The notes beneath the pieces were generated by a model, which was given only the letters and a program-made list of their open reading frames with translations, was not told the origin of the DNA and made no database searches. Of a stretch of DNA of 64,000 bases, positions 63,962 to 64,000 are shown piece by piece (positions within the stretch are counted from its first letter, which is position 1; each line of letters begins with the position of its first letter). The position numbers and the translations under genes are program-made. Source of the DNA: a virus; the IMG/VR virus record IMGVR_UViG_3300045988_127105, positions 8,249-72,248 of that record. The stretch is one strand, 5' to 3'.

Positions 63962-64000
63962 TTATGCTTTGTGTAAGCTGCTGCTAATAAACGAGTTACA

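Overview
The window is almost entirely one dsDNA phage or prophage genome of a Bacteroidota host. The host call rests on three exact TAACTTTG (TAnnTTTG-type) -7 boxes and AT-rich, SD-less leaders.

Layout:
- 255-9422 (-): terminase, portal and other virion genes.
- 9625-17367 (+): scaffold-like protein, major capsid candidate, connector-size ORFs and a four-gene fibre cassette.
- 17435-38243 (-): an operon ending in one 18,042-nt ORF (6,013 aa). It is a polyvalent protein with a DarB-like N6-methyltransferase plus SNF2-type helicase core, three HExxH-type modules and hydrophobic segments.
- 38244-39326: about 1.1 kb of strand-skewed non-coding DNA with a 43-44 bp tandem array.
- 39327-39843: an XRE-HTH switch with five operator-like repeats.
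- 39844-46476 (+): an early operon of small ORFs, including PcfK-like and PcfJ-like genes.
- 46526-62232 (-): about 40 genes. Recognisable ones are YopX, a DUF2829/Tad2-like protein, ASCH with an in-frame TGA, a lambda O/P-style initiator with internal iterons plus a DnaC-like loader, DUF3127, an SPFH lipoprotein, an MBL-fold hydrolase, a NinG-like protein and a tRNA-like element.
- 62271-63858: a second regulatory hub, bracketed by a perfect 20-bp inverted repeat.

I could not recognise an integrase, endolysin, tail sheath or tape measure. The virion looks podovirus-like, but that is inference.

All functional calls come from motif recognition by eye. No searches were run.
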